Made by a program: the position numbers and the translations under genes
Source of the DNA: Candidatus Parcubacteria bacterium
GTDB lineage: Bacteria > Patescibacteriota > Minisyncoccia > UBA6257 > 2-01-FULL-56-20
Assembly: GCA_027450205.1 (NCBI GenBank)
Contig: DAIDJL010000004.1
Coordinates: 75,932-139,931, forward strand
DNA length: 64,000 nucleotides
Direction: 5' to 3'
Shown: positions 1 to 7,789 of the stretch, one piece after another
Layout: each line of letters begins with the position of its first letter
Numbering within the stretch: the stretch's first letter is position 1
Notes under the pieces: generated by a model
What the model saw: only the letters and a program-made list of their open reading frames with translations
The model's database searches: none
What the model was told of the DNA's origin: nothing

Positions 1-2
1 TT

Positions 3-629
3 TTGACCGAGGCGCTCACGCACCGGTCGTACCTGAACGAATACCCTCGCTGGCCGCTTCCGCACAACGAGCGGCTGGAATATCTTGGCGACGCGGTCCT
101 CGAACTTCTCGTTTCCGAGGAGCTTTTTAAGAAATTTCCGTCGGAGCCGGAGGGGCAGCTTACCGTCTTCCGCGCGGCGCTCGTGAACTATCAGATATTG
201 GCAAAAGTGGCCGAGCGGATCGGCATGCAGAAATTCATCCTGATGTCGCGCGGCGAAAAGAAGGACACCGGCAAGGCGCGGGAGGTCATTCTGGCGAACG
301 CGATGGAAGCGCTGATCGGCGCGATCTATCTGGATCAGGGAATAGAAAAAATGCGGCCATTCGTCCATCAGTTCGTCATGGCCAATCTGGACGAGGTATT
401 GAAGAACAAGACGTATCGCGATGCCAAGAGTGAGCTGCAGGAAGTGATCCAGGAAAAATTGAAGCTCACGCCGACGTATCGGACGATCGAAGAGACGGGC
501 CCGGCGCACAAGCGCGTCTTTACCATGGGCGTCTATTATGGCGACAAATTGATCGCAAACGGCAGTGGTCCGTCAAAACAGGAAGCGGAGCTCGAGGCAG
601 CGAAGAACGCGCTCAAGAAACATAAGTAG
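3..629 (+). CDS. rnc: Ribonuclease III (5' end truncated by window edge)
   Basis: ERLEYLGDAVLEL RNase III signature, C-terminal dsRBD-like tail (GSGPSKQEAELEAAKNAL); ORF open to window start. Confidence 0.85.
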   Translation: MTEALTHRSYLNEYPRWPLPHNERLEYLGDAVLELLVSEELFKKFPSEPEGQLTVFRAALVNYQILAKVAERIGMQKFILMSRGEKKDTGKAREVILANAMEALIGAIYLDQGIEKMRPFVHQFVMANLDEVLKNKTYRDAKSELQEVIQEKLKLTPTYRTIEETGPAHKRVFTMGVYYGDKLIANGSGPSKQEAELEAAKNALKKHK

Positions 630-631
630 TC

Positions 632-2953
632 ATGTCATCTTCTGAATCCCATTTTCTCAAGCGGCTCGAACTGAACGGGTTCAAATCCTTTGCGGGGAAG
701 ACCGTACTGGAATTTCCGGCGGGAATCGTGGCGGTCGTGGGGCCGAACGGTTCCGGTAAGTCGAACATCGTGGATGCCCTGCGGTGGCTTTTAGGTGAGC
801 GCGACGCGAAGAACCTGCGTGGCGCCAGGGTGGAAGATCTGATCTTTGCCGGCACCCAGAAGCGCGCTCGCGTCGGTATGGCGCAGGCGAGCCTTTATTT
901 CGAGAATAAGAACAAATTTTTTCCGGTGGACTTCGAAGAGGTGGTCGTATCGCGCCAGATCTCGCGCGACGGCGCGAGCAAATATTATCTGAACAAGTCG
1001 GAGATCCTTTTGCGCGACCTCATTGATTTTTTTGCCAAAGCGCGGCTGGGAAGCAAGGGGCTGATCATCATCGGCCAGGGCGACAGCGATCTTTTTATCC
1101 GTTCCACGCCGCTTGAGCGCCGCGAGATGATAGAGGAAATTTTGGGCCTGCGCGAATATCAGATCAAGAAAGCCGATGCCGAGCGGAGATTAAAGAATTC
1201 TAAAATAAATCTTGACAAAGTAACCGCGCTCATTGAAGAGATCGAGCCGCATTTGCGTTCGCTCAAGCGTCAGACCGGCCGTTGGGAACGCCGTGGCGCG
1301 CTGGAAGAAGAGCTGCGTGCGCTTGAAAACGCTTTTTTCGGCTCGCAGCTTCACGAGCTTGGTGACAAGAGCGCGCAGGTGGACGGGCGCATGGCGATGC
1401 ACGCTGCAGAGTACGGGAAGCTGGAAAAGGAAAAGAAAGCGGCGGAAACGCGCCAGGCGGCCATTGAAGAGAGTCAGCCGGAGGAGCGTAAACGTCTCGC
1501 AAAAATAAAAGAGGAGACGGCCGCGCTTATGGACGCGCGCAGCAGGCTGCAAAAGGACGTCGGCCGCATCGAGGCGCAGATAGAGATGGCCAAGCGTTCC
1601 GGCGCCGCGGGGGGAGGCGGTTCGCGCGGCAGCGCCGATCGTTTGGCGGAACACTTCATTGACGTTTTGGAAAAGATCAAAGCCGAGCTTGAGGCGGTGC
1701 TGAACGAGGAACCGCTTGCGGTACAGGCAGCAATAGAGACCGTGCTTGAGGAGATCGGGTTTGCGTTGGAAGAAAAAGACGAAGCGCCGCGCGCCGAAAG
1801 CGTAAAAGAGGGCGCCGTGCCGGATTCACTGCGTCGCGAGTTCGAATCGGCGGCGCATGACCTCGCTGAGATGGAAAAGAACATCTCGTCCTTGCGCGCG
1901 AAAGAGAAAGACCTTGAATCCAGCCAGGAAGATTTTTATTCCACATTCAAAGGCGCGGTTGCCGATGTTCAGCAGGCGCAAGGCAGGCTTGATGCGTGGG
2001 AAAAGACCAATCGCGAATTGTTGCTCGAAAAAGAGCGCATCGATCTCCGCCGTGAGGAAGTGTTGCACCAGATCGACCAGGCCGGCCGCCGTGCGGAGGA
2101 GTTCCGTGCAGATATGAATGAGGGAATGTCGCTTCAGGATGCCATCTCTGCGACCGCCGCCAGTGGTCTATCAGGTTTTGGCGGCAGTCTGCAGGATATG
2201 GAACGCCGCATTTTCCGTCTGCGCGGCGATCTGGCCAGCATCGGCGAAGTGGATCACGCGCTCATGAAGGAAGCAGAGGACACCGCCAAGCGCCATGAAT
2301 TTTTACTAAAAGAATCGGAAGACCTTAATAAGGCGGTGGCGGACCTTGGCGCGCTCATGCATGAGCTGAACGAGAAGATAAAGACCGAGTTCGATAGATC
2401 GCTCCACAAGATCAACGACGAATTCGCAAAATTTTTTGCGCTCATGTTTGACGGCGGTTCGGCAAAGCTAAAAGTGCTGAAACCAAAAGGGGAGCGAACC
2501 GCCGACGAGGACGAAGAAGAGGAGGGTGAAGATGCCGCGGGAGGCGCGGCAGCCGAAGAGGCTGAGCCGACCGAGGATGAGCTTTATCAGGAGAAGAACG
2601 GCGGCGTGGAAATCGAGATAAAATTGCCGCGCAAGAAAACGACGTCGCTTGATATGCTATCCGGCGGCGAACGGTCCCTCGTCGGCATCGCCGCGCTCTT
2701 CGCGATGGTGTCCGTCAGCCCGCCGCCGTTCCTTGTGCTTGACGAGATCGATGCGCCGCTCGACGAGCGCAATGCCCGCCGTTTTGGCACCATGCTCAAG
2801 GACTTTTCCAAGCGCACGCAGTTCATCGTCGTCACGCATAATCGCGCCACCATGGAAGCCGCCAATATTCTCTACGGCGTGACGCTCGCCGAGGACGGCA
2901 GTTCGAAAGTGGTGTCGCTCAAGCTGGAGCCGGAAGAAATTGCTACAAAATAG
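632..2953 (+). CDS. smc: SMC-family chromosome segregation ATPase (short, 773 aa)
   Basis: N-terminal Walker A GPNGSGKSN, long Glu/Lys/Arg-rich coiled coil, C-terminal LSGGERSL signature and LVLDEIDAPLD Walker B/D-loop. Confidence 0.85.
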   Translation: MSSSESHFLKRLELNGFKSFAGKTVLEFPAGIVAVVGPNGSGKSNIVDALRWLLGERDAKNLRGARVEDLIFAGTQKRARVGMAQASLYFENKNKFFPVDFEEVVVSRQISRDGASKYYLNKSEILLRDLIDFFAKARLGSKGLIIIGQGDSDLFIRSTPLERREMIEEILGLREYQIKKADAERRLKNSKINLDKVTALIEEIEPHLRSLKRQTGRWERRGALEEELRALENAFFGSQLHELGDKSAQVDGRMAMHAAEYGKLEKEKKAAETRQAAIEESQPEERKRLAKIKEETAALMDARSRLQKDVGRIEAQIEMAKRSGAAGGGGSRGSADRLAEHFIDVLEKIKAELEAVLNEEPLAVQAAIETVLEEIGFALEEKDEAPRAESVKEGAVPDSLRREFESAAHDLAEMEKNISSLRAKEKDLESSQEDFYSTFKGAVADVQQAQGRLDAWEKTNRELLLEKERIDLRREEVLHQIDQAGRRAEEFRADMNEGMSLQDAISATAASGLSGFGGSLQDMERRIFRLRGDLASIGEVDHALMKEAEDTAKRHEFLLKESEDLNKAVADLGALMHELNEKIKTEFDRSLHKINDEFAKFFALMFDGGSAKLKVLKPKGERTADEDEEEEGEDAAGGAAAEEAEPTEDELYQEKNGGVEIEIKLPRKKTTSLDMLSGGERSLVGIAALFAMVSVSPPPFLVLDEIDAPLDERNARRFGTMLKDFSKRTQFIVVTHNRATMEAANILYGVTLAEDGSSKVVSLKLEPEEIATK

Positions 2954-2962
2954 TTTTATCAG

Positions 2963-3011
2963 TGGTGGACCCGGGGAGAATCGAACTCCCGCCTCAGCAA
3001 TGCGAATGCCG
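2963..3011 (-). other. Displaced 3' half of tRNA-Ala(CGC), anticodon arm through encoded CCA, with canonical TTCGATT T-loop
   Basis: reverse complement reads CGGCATTCGCATTGCTGAGGCGGGAGTTCGATTCTCCCCGGGTCCACCA; identical to the intact copy's 3' half except T-loop U55 and CCA. Confidence 0.6.
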
Positions 3012-3015
3012 ACCA

Positions 3016-3148
3016 ACGGTTTTGTTGCGGCTTACATTGTTGTGGACCCGGGGAGAATCGGACTCCCGCCTCAGCAATGCGAATGCCGCGTTATACCACT
3101 TAACTACGGGCCCAAAATTGGTCTCATAGTAAGCCGCAACAAAACCGT
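3016..3148. repeat. Perfect 20-bp inverted repeat (3016-3035 acggttttgttgcggcttac / 3129-3148 gtaagccgcaacaaaaccgt) bracketing the intact tRNA-Ala copy
   Basis: direct reading; arms are exact reverse complements. Confidence 0.85.
3041..3113 (-). tRNA. tRNA-Ala (anticodon CGC); G3:U70 identity pair, discriminator A, 7-nt D-loop; T-loop reads TCCGATT (C at position 55)
   Basis: manual cloverleaf fold of reverse complement GGGCCCGTAGTTAAGTGGTATAACGCGGCATTCGCATTGCTGAGGCGGGAGTCCGATTCTCCCCGGGTCCACA. Confidence 0.7.
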
Positions 3149-3182
3149 ATTAATCTGTTAATGTGCGCCTCTTGGGCGCAAC

Positions 3183-3200
3183 CCACTTAACTACGGGCCC
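3183..3200 (-). other. Displaced 18-nt 5' fragment of tRNA-Ala (acceptor 5' strand + D-stem/loop), followed on the minus strand by a GCGCC-N5-GGCGC hairpin (3165-3179)
   Basis: exact repeat of positions 1-18 of the intact copy. Confidence 0.6.
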
Positions 3201-3283
3201 TTATTACTGACTGATTATAAAGAAATTAAGAGGAATTTCAAGCTGCCGCATGTAAGCAATAGAGGTTTGCTATCATTAAATGA

Positions 3284-3610
3284 ATGGGAAGCAACCTGAT
3301 TTTGCCGGAGAATCCTACCTTGCGTGATCTGCAATCGTACGTCGCCGCGATGGTCAAAGAGCGGGGATTCGAGAAAGAGACCGTACCGGAGATCTTTATG
3401 CTGCTTATGGAAGAGTGCGGCGAGATGGCGAAGGCGGCGAGGAAGAGCCAGAACATTCACACCGACAAAAATTCGGAAAAATTCCATCTTGATCACGAGG
3501 CGGTGGATGTTCTCGTGTACCTGCTCGATATTTGTAACCATTTTAATATCGATCTCGAAAAAGCGTTCAGAGAAAAGGAGGAGATCAATAAGAAAAGAAG
3601 ATGGGAATAA
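3284..3610 (+). CDS. MazG-like nucleoside triphosphate pyrophosphohydrolase (small all-alpha NTP-PPase)
   Basis: EECGEMAKAARK ... EAVDVLVYLLDICNHFNIDLEKAF pattern typical of MazG/NTP-PPase domain. Confidence 0.55.
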   Translation: MGSNLILPENPTLRDLQSYVAAMVKERGFEKETVPEIFMLLMEECGEMAKAARKSQNIHTDKNSEKFHLDHEAVDVLVYLLDICNHFNIDLEKAFREKEEINKKRRWE

Positions 3611-3712
3611 TTTCCCTCACGGGTCCGATCCCGCACCCTCCATTTGCTATAATTAAATCAATACAAAAGGTCGATTTGTCGGACGGATTTTATAAAGATT
3701 TAATTAATTACC

Positions 3713-4396
3713 ATGGTTGTACAAAATTGGACGGATGTGGTGGTGGGTTCGCTTCAGAACCTCTGGTGGGGAGTTGTCAATTATCTGCCGAACCTGATCG
3801 GGGCACTTGTGGTGCTGATCATCGGCCTGATCGTGGCGGCGGGATTGGCGGCACTCGTGGAGAAGATCCTTGAAGCGTTCCGGCTGGATGTGTTCCTGGA
3901 GAAGATCGGGCTGAAGCCGATCTTTGAGCGCGCCGGGGTCAAGCTGCGCGCGGCGTACTTCTTCGGCAAGCTCGTGTACTGGTTCGTCATCGTTGCGTTC
4001 CTCGTGGCGATCACGGACAGTCTGCAGCTCTATGCGTTGTCGGTGTTCCTCGGGTCGGTGCTTAACTACTTGCCGAACGTGATTGCGGCGGTGCTCATCA
4101 TGCTTGCGGCGTTCATCGTGGCGCACTTCCTGCGCAAGCTCGTGACGGCGTCGGTGATGAGCGCGAAGCTTCACTCGGGACCGTTTCTCGGCATCGTCAC
4201 ATATTGGGCGATCGCCGTGTTCGGCGTTCTGACCGCGCTCGCGCAGTTGAACATCGCGACGGAGATCATTCAGACGATCGTCACCGGATTCATCGCGATG
4301 CTCGCGCTCGCCGGCGGCCTGGCCTTTGGCCTTGGCGGCAAGGACTATGCGAATCATCTGCTGAACAAGCTGAAAGATCGCACCGAGAATCATTAA
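3713..4396 (+). CDS. Membrane protein with repeated 'conserved TM helix' motifs (MscS N-terminal-like)
   Basis: two NYLPN(L/V)I..(V/L)..L repeats, 5-6 predicted TM helices. Confidence 0.5.
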   Translation: MVVQNWTDVVVGSLQNLWWGVVNYLPNLIGALVVLIIGLIVAAGLAALVEKILEAFRLDVFLEKIGLKPIFERAGVKLRAAYFFGKLVYWFVIVAFLVAITDSLQLYALSVFLGSVLNYLPNVIAAVLIMLAAFIVAHFLRKLVTASVMSAKLHSGPFLGIVTYWAIAVFGVLTALAQLNIATEIIQTIVTGFIAMLALAGGLAFGLGGKDYANHLLNKLKDRTENH

Positions 4397-4402
4397 GCAA
4401 AA

Positions 4403-4468
4403 AGTCCCTCTCTTTGAACGTAAATGCCACCGAGGGCGGTGAGCGTTCAAAAAGAGAGGGGCTTTTTG
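4403..4468. terminator. Bidirectional hairpin terminator between convergent genes
   Basis: agtccctctctttgaacg ... cgttcaaaaagagaggggct stem with inner ccaccg/cggtgg hairpin, followed by TTTTTGTTT. Confidence 0.6.
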
Positions 4469-4502
4469 TTTAGCCTTGTCATGTGTAGGATCGCCCGCAA
4501 AA

Positions 4503-5303
4503 TTAAAGGCGGACAAGTCTGAATTTGACGTCAGTTCCAAACCACTTCATCGATAATATTTTCGTCGCGGCCGTAAGGTCGGTGACGAGAAATTCGCGGC
4601 GCTTGTTCTTGCCCAATCTCTTTACTATTTTCGGATGCCGCCCGAGATAATCCGCAAGTTTTGCCGAGATAATTTCATCTTGAGAAATTACTTTGATATC
4701 CGGCCCGCATATTTCCTTTATCTGTTTTTTTAAGATAGGATAGTGCGTGCACCCCAAGATCAATGCATCGATATTTTTTCTCGATAGCGGCTGCAGATAC
4801 GAGTGCAATATCGGATCGGCGAACTCAATAGCGTTGCTTTCGATGAGCGGCACGAGCAGGGGAGCGGCTTGCTGGAAGATCGACACATCCGGGCGAATTT
4901 TTTTGAGTTCTCTTATATATGCGCGCGAGTCGACCGTTCCTTGTGTCGCAAGAACGCCGACTCGCTTTATTTTATGATCTTTTAATGCCGCCTCGGCCGT
5001 CGGAATAATGATTCCCAAAACTCTGCGTTTTGGATAGTGTCTCGGAAGATATTCTTGCTGTACTTTCCGAAGCGCCTCCGCGGATGCGGTATTGCAGGCG
5101 ACGATGATCAATTCGCAATCGTGAGCGAATAAATAATCCACCGCTTCTTTCAAAAATTTGTAGACCGTCTCGTGAGAGCGATTACCGTATGGCACCCGCT
5201 GGGTATCGCCAAGATACACATAATCATACTGCGGCAATTCTTTGACGAGCGCCTTTGTGACGAACAGCCCGCCCAGTCCAGAATCAAAAATCCCTATCTT
5301 CAT
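4503..5303 (-). CDS. murI: Glutamate racemase
   Basis: IGIFDSGLGGLFV ... VACNTASA ... LGCTHYP motifs. Confidence 0.9.
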   Translation of the reverse strand: MKIGIFDSGLGGLFVTKALVKELPQYDYVYLGDTQRVPYGNRSHETVYKFLKEAVDYLFAHDCELIIVACNTASAEALRKVQQEYLPRHYPKRRVLGIIIPTAEAALKDHKIKRVGVLATQGTVDSRAYIRELKKIRPDVSIFQQAAPLLVPLIESNAIEFADPILHSYLQPLSRKNIDALILGCTHYPILKKQIKEICGPDIKVISQDEIISAKLADYLGRHPKIVKRLGKNKRREFLVTDLTAATKILSMKWFGTDVKFRLVRL

Positions 5304-5345
5304 GTTGTTTATACTATAGCGAAGTAATCAATGGTGAGGAAGGCT

Positions 5346-5486
5346 GCCCGCATGAGCTTTGAAGGAGTTCGCGGAGGTGATGCCGGCTTGGTCGCTCATT
5401 CTTATGAGCGCGGCATCGCCGAGCGCACAGGCTGGCGCGCGCCGCAGGAGCGCGCGAACAGCCGGTCATTCAAAGCTCATGCGGGC
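5346..5486. repeat. GC-rich structured element, copy 1 (perfect 18-bp outer stem 5346-5363 / 5469-5486, nested inner helices); 43 nt upstream of murI start on the minus strand
   Basis: direct reading; homologous to 7372-7522 in inverted orientation. Confidence 0.7.
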
Positions 5487-5500
5487 AGAGTCCGTCATCC

Positions 5501-5529
5501 TTGACCTTTCGCGTCCATTTTGTATAATG
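5501..5529 (+). promoter_or_regulatory. Sigma70-type promoter TTGACC-17-TATAAT; the -10 box ends 6 nt before the rpsP ATG (leaderless transcript predicted)
   Basis: consensus hexamers with 17-nt spacer. Confidence 0.6.
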
Positions 5530-5535
5530 GAACCC

Positions 5536-5913
5536 ATGTTGGCCATTAAATTACAACGCATCGGAAAGAAGCATCAGCCGAGCTATCGCGTGGTTGTTGC
5601 GGAAAAACGCTCAAAGATGGCGGCTCCGCCGGTGGAGGATCTTGGTTCGTATGATCCGCGCACCAAGGCGACGACCGTCAATAAGGAGCGCGTTTTGCAC
5701 TGGGTAAAGATGGGGGCGCAGCCGACCGTCACTGCGCATAATCTTTTAATAAAAGGCGGGGCGATCACCGGAGCACCTCGTGCGGTAAAAATGCCGAAGG
5801 CGGTTGCCAAGCCGATAGCGGAGGAAAAAGCAGGGGCGCCTGCAGCGGAAGGGGCGGTTGTCGCGAAGGAAGTGTCCGTGGCAGAAGCAGCTCCGGAAGC
5901 CGCTGCGGGATAG
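5536..5913 (+). CDS. rpsP: 30S ribosomal protein S16 with Ala/Lys-rich C-terminal extension
   Basis: MLAIKLQRIGKKHQPSYRVVVAEKRSK ... GSYDP; start set at second ATG downstream of the -10 box (ORF track begins 5359). Confidence 0.85.
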   Translation: MLAIKLQRIGKKHQPSYRVVVAEKRSKMAAPPVEDLGSYDPRTKATTVNKERVLHWVKMGAQPTVTAHNLLIKGGAITGAPRAVKMPKAVAKPIAEEKAGAPAAEGAVVAKEVSVAEAAPEAAAG

Positions 5914-5935
5914 TTAACCGCGCCGCCGGCATCGT

Positions 5936-5964
5936 TTGACATATAACTTAATATACCGTATAAT
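5936..5964 (+). promoter_or_regulatory. Sigma70-type promoter TTGACA-17-TATAAT upstream of khpA
   Basis: consensus hexamers. Confidence 0.55.
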
Positions 5965-6039
5965 TCTATCATTCAATACTGTTTTCATGGCACGGTCATC
6001 GAAATGTAACGAAAAGGTCGCAAGATACACAGAACTTCA

Positions 6040-6354
6040 ATGACGAATTTATCTTCAGCAGACCAGGAATTTCTCGAGTATTTGGTAAAATCCCTCGTGG
6101 ATCATCCGGATGATGTGAAGGTCGACCGCAAGGTCGACGAGATGGGCGTATTGCTCTCGCTCCACGTGAACGCCCAGGATATGGGGCAGGTCGTCGGCCG
6201 ACAGGGTGCGACGGCAAAGGCTATCCGCTCGCTTTTAAGGATCGTCGGCGTCAAGAACAACGCCCGCGTGAACCTTAAGATCGAAGAGCCGGAAGGCGTT
6301 GCCCGCGCGCCGCGCGCGGATCGGCCGGTAATGCCGGAAGAGGGAACTGCATAA
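6040..6354 (+). CDS. khpA: KH-domain RNA-binding protein (KhpA/YlqC-like)
   Basis: DHPDDVKVD ... VGRQGATAKAIRSLLR (GxxG KH core); positioned after rpsP as in many bacteria. Confidence 0.8.
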   Translation: MTNLSSADQEFLEYLVKSLVDHPDDVKVDRKVDEMGVLLSLHVNAQDMGQVVGRQGATAKAIRSLLRIVGVKNNARVNLKIEEPEGVARAPRADRPVMPEEGTA

Positions 6355-6367
6355 TCTATTTTCCCTG

Positions 6368-6398
6368 AAAGCCGCCCGTCATCGGGCGGCTTTTGGTT
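6368..6398 (+). terminator. Rho-independent terminator
   Basis: gccgcccg-tcat-cgggcggc + TTTTGGTTT. Confidence 0.75.
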
Positions 6399-6463
6399 TG
6401 CTTGCTGATAAAGATAACTTTTGATACGATAGTGGACAGTAACTATCTTACCCAGAAAGGTAT

Positions 6464-6724
6464 TTGGTTCACATGTGCCTTATCAAGCAGAGCTTGGATC
6501 AAATCAATATCCTTGGCGTTCCGCTAATGGGACGTATTATTCTGGAGACACACACTCCGGAAACGAAGAAAGATCCCGCGTTGCGCCAGGAGATCAAGGA
6601 CACGGTATTGGGCGGACGCAATGACATGGCTCTTCACCTCGCTGGCTGCGATAAGTGCCAGGCAGAGATCGCGCGACGGCGTCAGATTCCTCGGGATGCT
6701 ATGCTTTCTCTGACAATTGCCTGA
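6464..6724 (+). CDS. Small hypothetical protein with H-x3-C-x2-C (zf-HC2/anti-sigma-like) motif
   Basis: HLAGCDKCQAEIARRR; no other recognisable domain. Confidence 0.4.
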   Translation: MVHMCLIKQSLDQINILGVPLMGRIILETHTPETKKDPALRQEIKDTVLGGRNDMALHLAGCDKCQAEIARRRQIPRDAMLSLTIA

Positions 6725-6744
6725 CCCCAAACAGGCACACGCAT

Positions 6745-6788
6745 TATGGGCAATCCGCATCCACGGGTTGCCCATAAATTTATTTATG
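6745..6788 (+). terminator. Rho-independent terminator (9-bp stem tatgggcaa/ttgcccata) followed by AATTTATTTATG
   Basis: direct reading. Confidence 0.6.
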
Positions 6789-6805
6789 CTATTATTACAA
6801 CCGTT

Positions 6806-7369
6806 ATGGCACTCGCATATACCGACTTAACCAAAGGAGTTTTGTTCATTATGGACGGCGCGCCGTACGAGGTCATCGAGACCCATTTCTTGCGCATGCA
6901 GCAGCGCAAGGCCGTCGTGCAGACCCGCATCCGCAACCTCATCACGGGCAAGCTTTTGGACCGCAATTTTCAGGCGAGCGATTCGTTCGAAGAGGCGGAG
7001 ATCGAGCGCAAGCACGCGATCTTCATCTATGAGAGCAAAGGACAATACTGGTTCCACGAAGAGAACAACCCGAAGGCGCGTTTCGCGCTCGAGGCAGACG
7101 TTCTCGGAGAACAAGGCCGCTTCCTCAAGCCGAACATCCGCGTGCAGACGATGGTGTTCAATGAAAAAGTGATCCAGGTGGAGATTCCGGTCAAAATGGA
7201 ATTCAAAGTGGTGGAAGCGCCGCCGTCGCTCAAGGGCAACACCGCGCAGGGCGGCAACAAGGTGGTGACGATCGAAGGAGGCGCAAAGATCTCCGCGCCG
7301 CTCTTCATCAACGAGGGCGACATGATCCGCGTGAACACGCAGACGGGGGATTACGTGGAACGGGTGTAG
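6806..7369 (+). CDS. efp: Elongation factor P
   Basis: YTDLTKGVLFIMDGAPYEVIETHF ... KAVVQTRIRNLITGK; start set at MALAYTDL (ORF track 6746 runs through the upstream terminator). Confidence 0.9.
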   Translation: MALAYTDLTKGVLFIMDGAPYEVIETHFLRMQQRKAVVQTRIRNLITGKLLDRNFQASDSFEEAEIERKHAIFIYESKGQYWFHEENNPKARFALEADVLGEQGRFLKPNIRVQTMVFNEKVIQVEIPVKMEFKVVEAPPSLKGNTAQGGNKVVTIEGGAKISAPLFINEGDMIRVNTQTGDYVERV

Positions 7370-7371
7370 GA

Positions 7372-7522
7372 GCTCTTTTCAAATCATTCTCTCGGAACCG
7401 GCGGTCCGCGCGCTCCTGCGGCGCGCGTCCGCCTGTGCGCTCGGCAATCCTGCGCTCATCGGAATGAGCGACCAAGCCAGGATTGCCTCCGCGAACTTCC
7501 TCGAGGATAATTTGAAAAGAGC
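7372..7522. repeat. GC-rich structured element, copy 2 (13-bp outer stem 7372-7384 / 7510-7522); inverted relative to copy 1; begins 3 nt after the efp stop
   Basis: reverse complement aligns to 5346-5486 with compensatory substitutions in three helices. Confidence 0.7.
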
Positions 7523-7789
7523 CGGGATTAAAAAAGGAAAAGGCGCGACATAATGCCGCGCCCCCTCTAACGAGATCCACGCAATAGAGGATTAGCTAAC
7601 GTTTCTCTATCGCAAACTTGATGCTGACCAGGGCCGTTGTCACAGCTAGTCCAGTTGCAAAACTGCAAAGTCTTACATTGTGGGAAATAGCAAAGTGGAT
7701 AGCGCAGGCGCTATTTATTCCCGCCAGCACTGCAAAGAGCGTTGATCGCATAAAACACCTCGCAAGAGTTATAGATTATAAACATAGAA

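Noticed and set aside
1190-2117. Multiple 80-150-aa ORFs on both strands inside smc (for example 1190-1654 minus, 1474-1884 minus)
   Set aside because: These are shadow ORFs typical of high-GC coding sequence. They are fully embedded in a gene with clear SMC motifs and carry no independent signals.
6738-6776. Palindrome tatgggcaa...ttgcccata upstream of efp as a possible operator
   Set aside because: It is followed by AATTTATTTATG and lies directly after the stop of the 6464-6724 ORF, so it is more simply an intrinsic terminator. The ORF-track start at 6746 for efp is inside it, and the EF-P N-terminus aligns from MALAYTDL at 6806.
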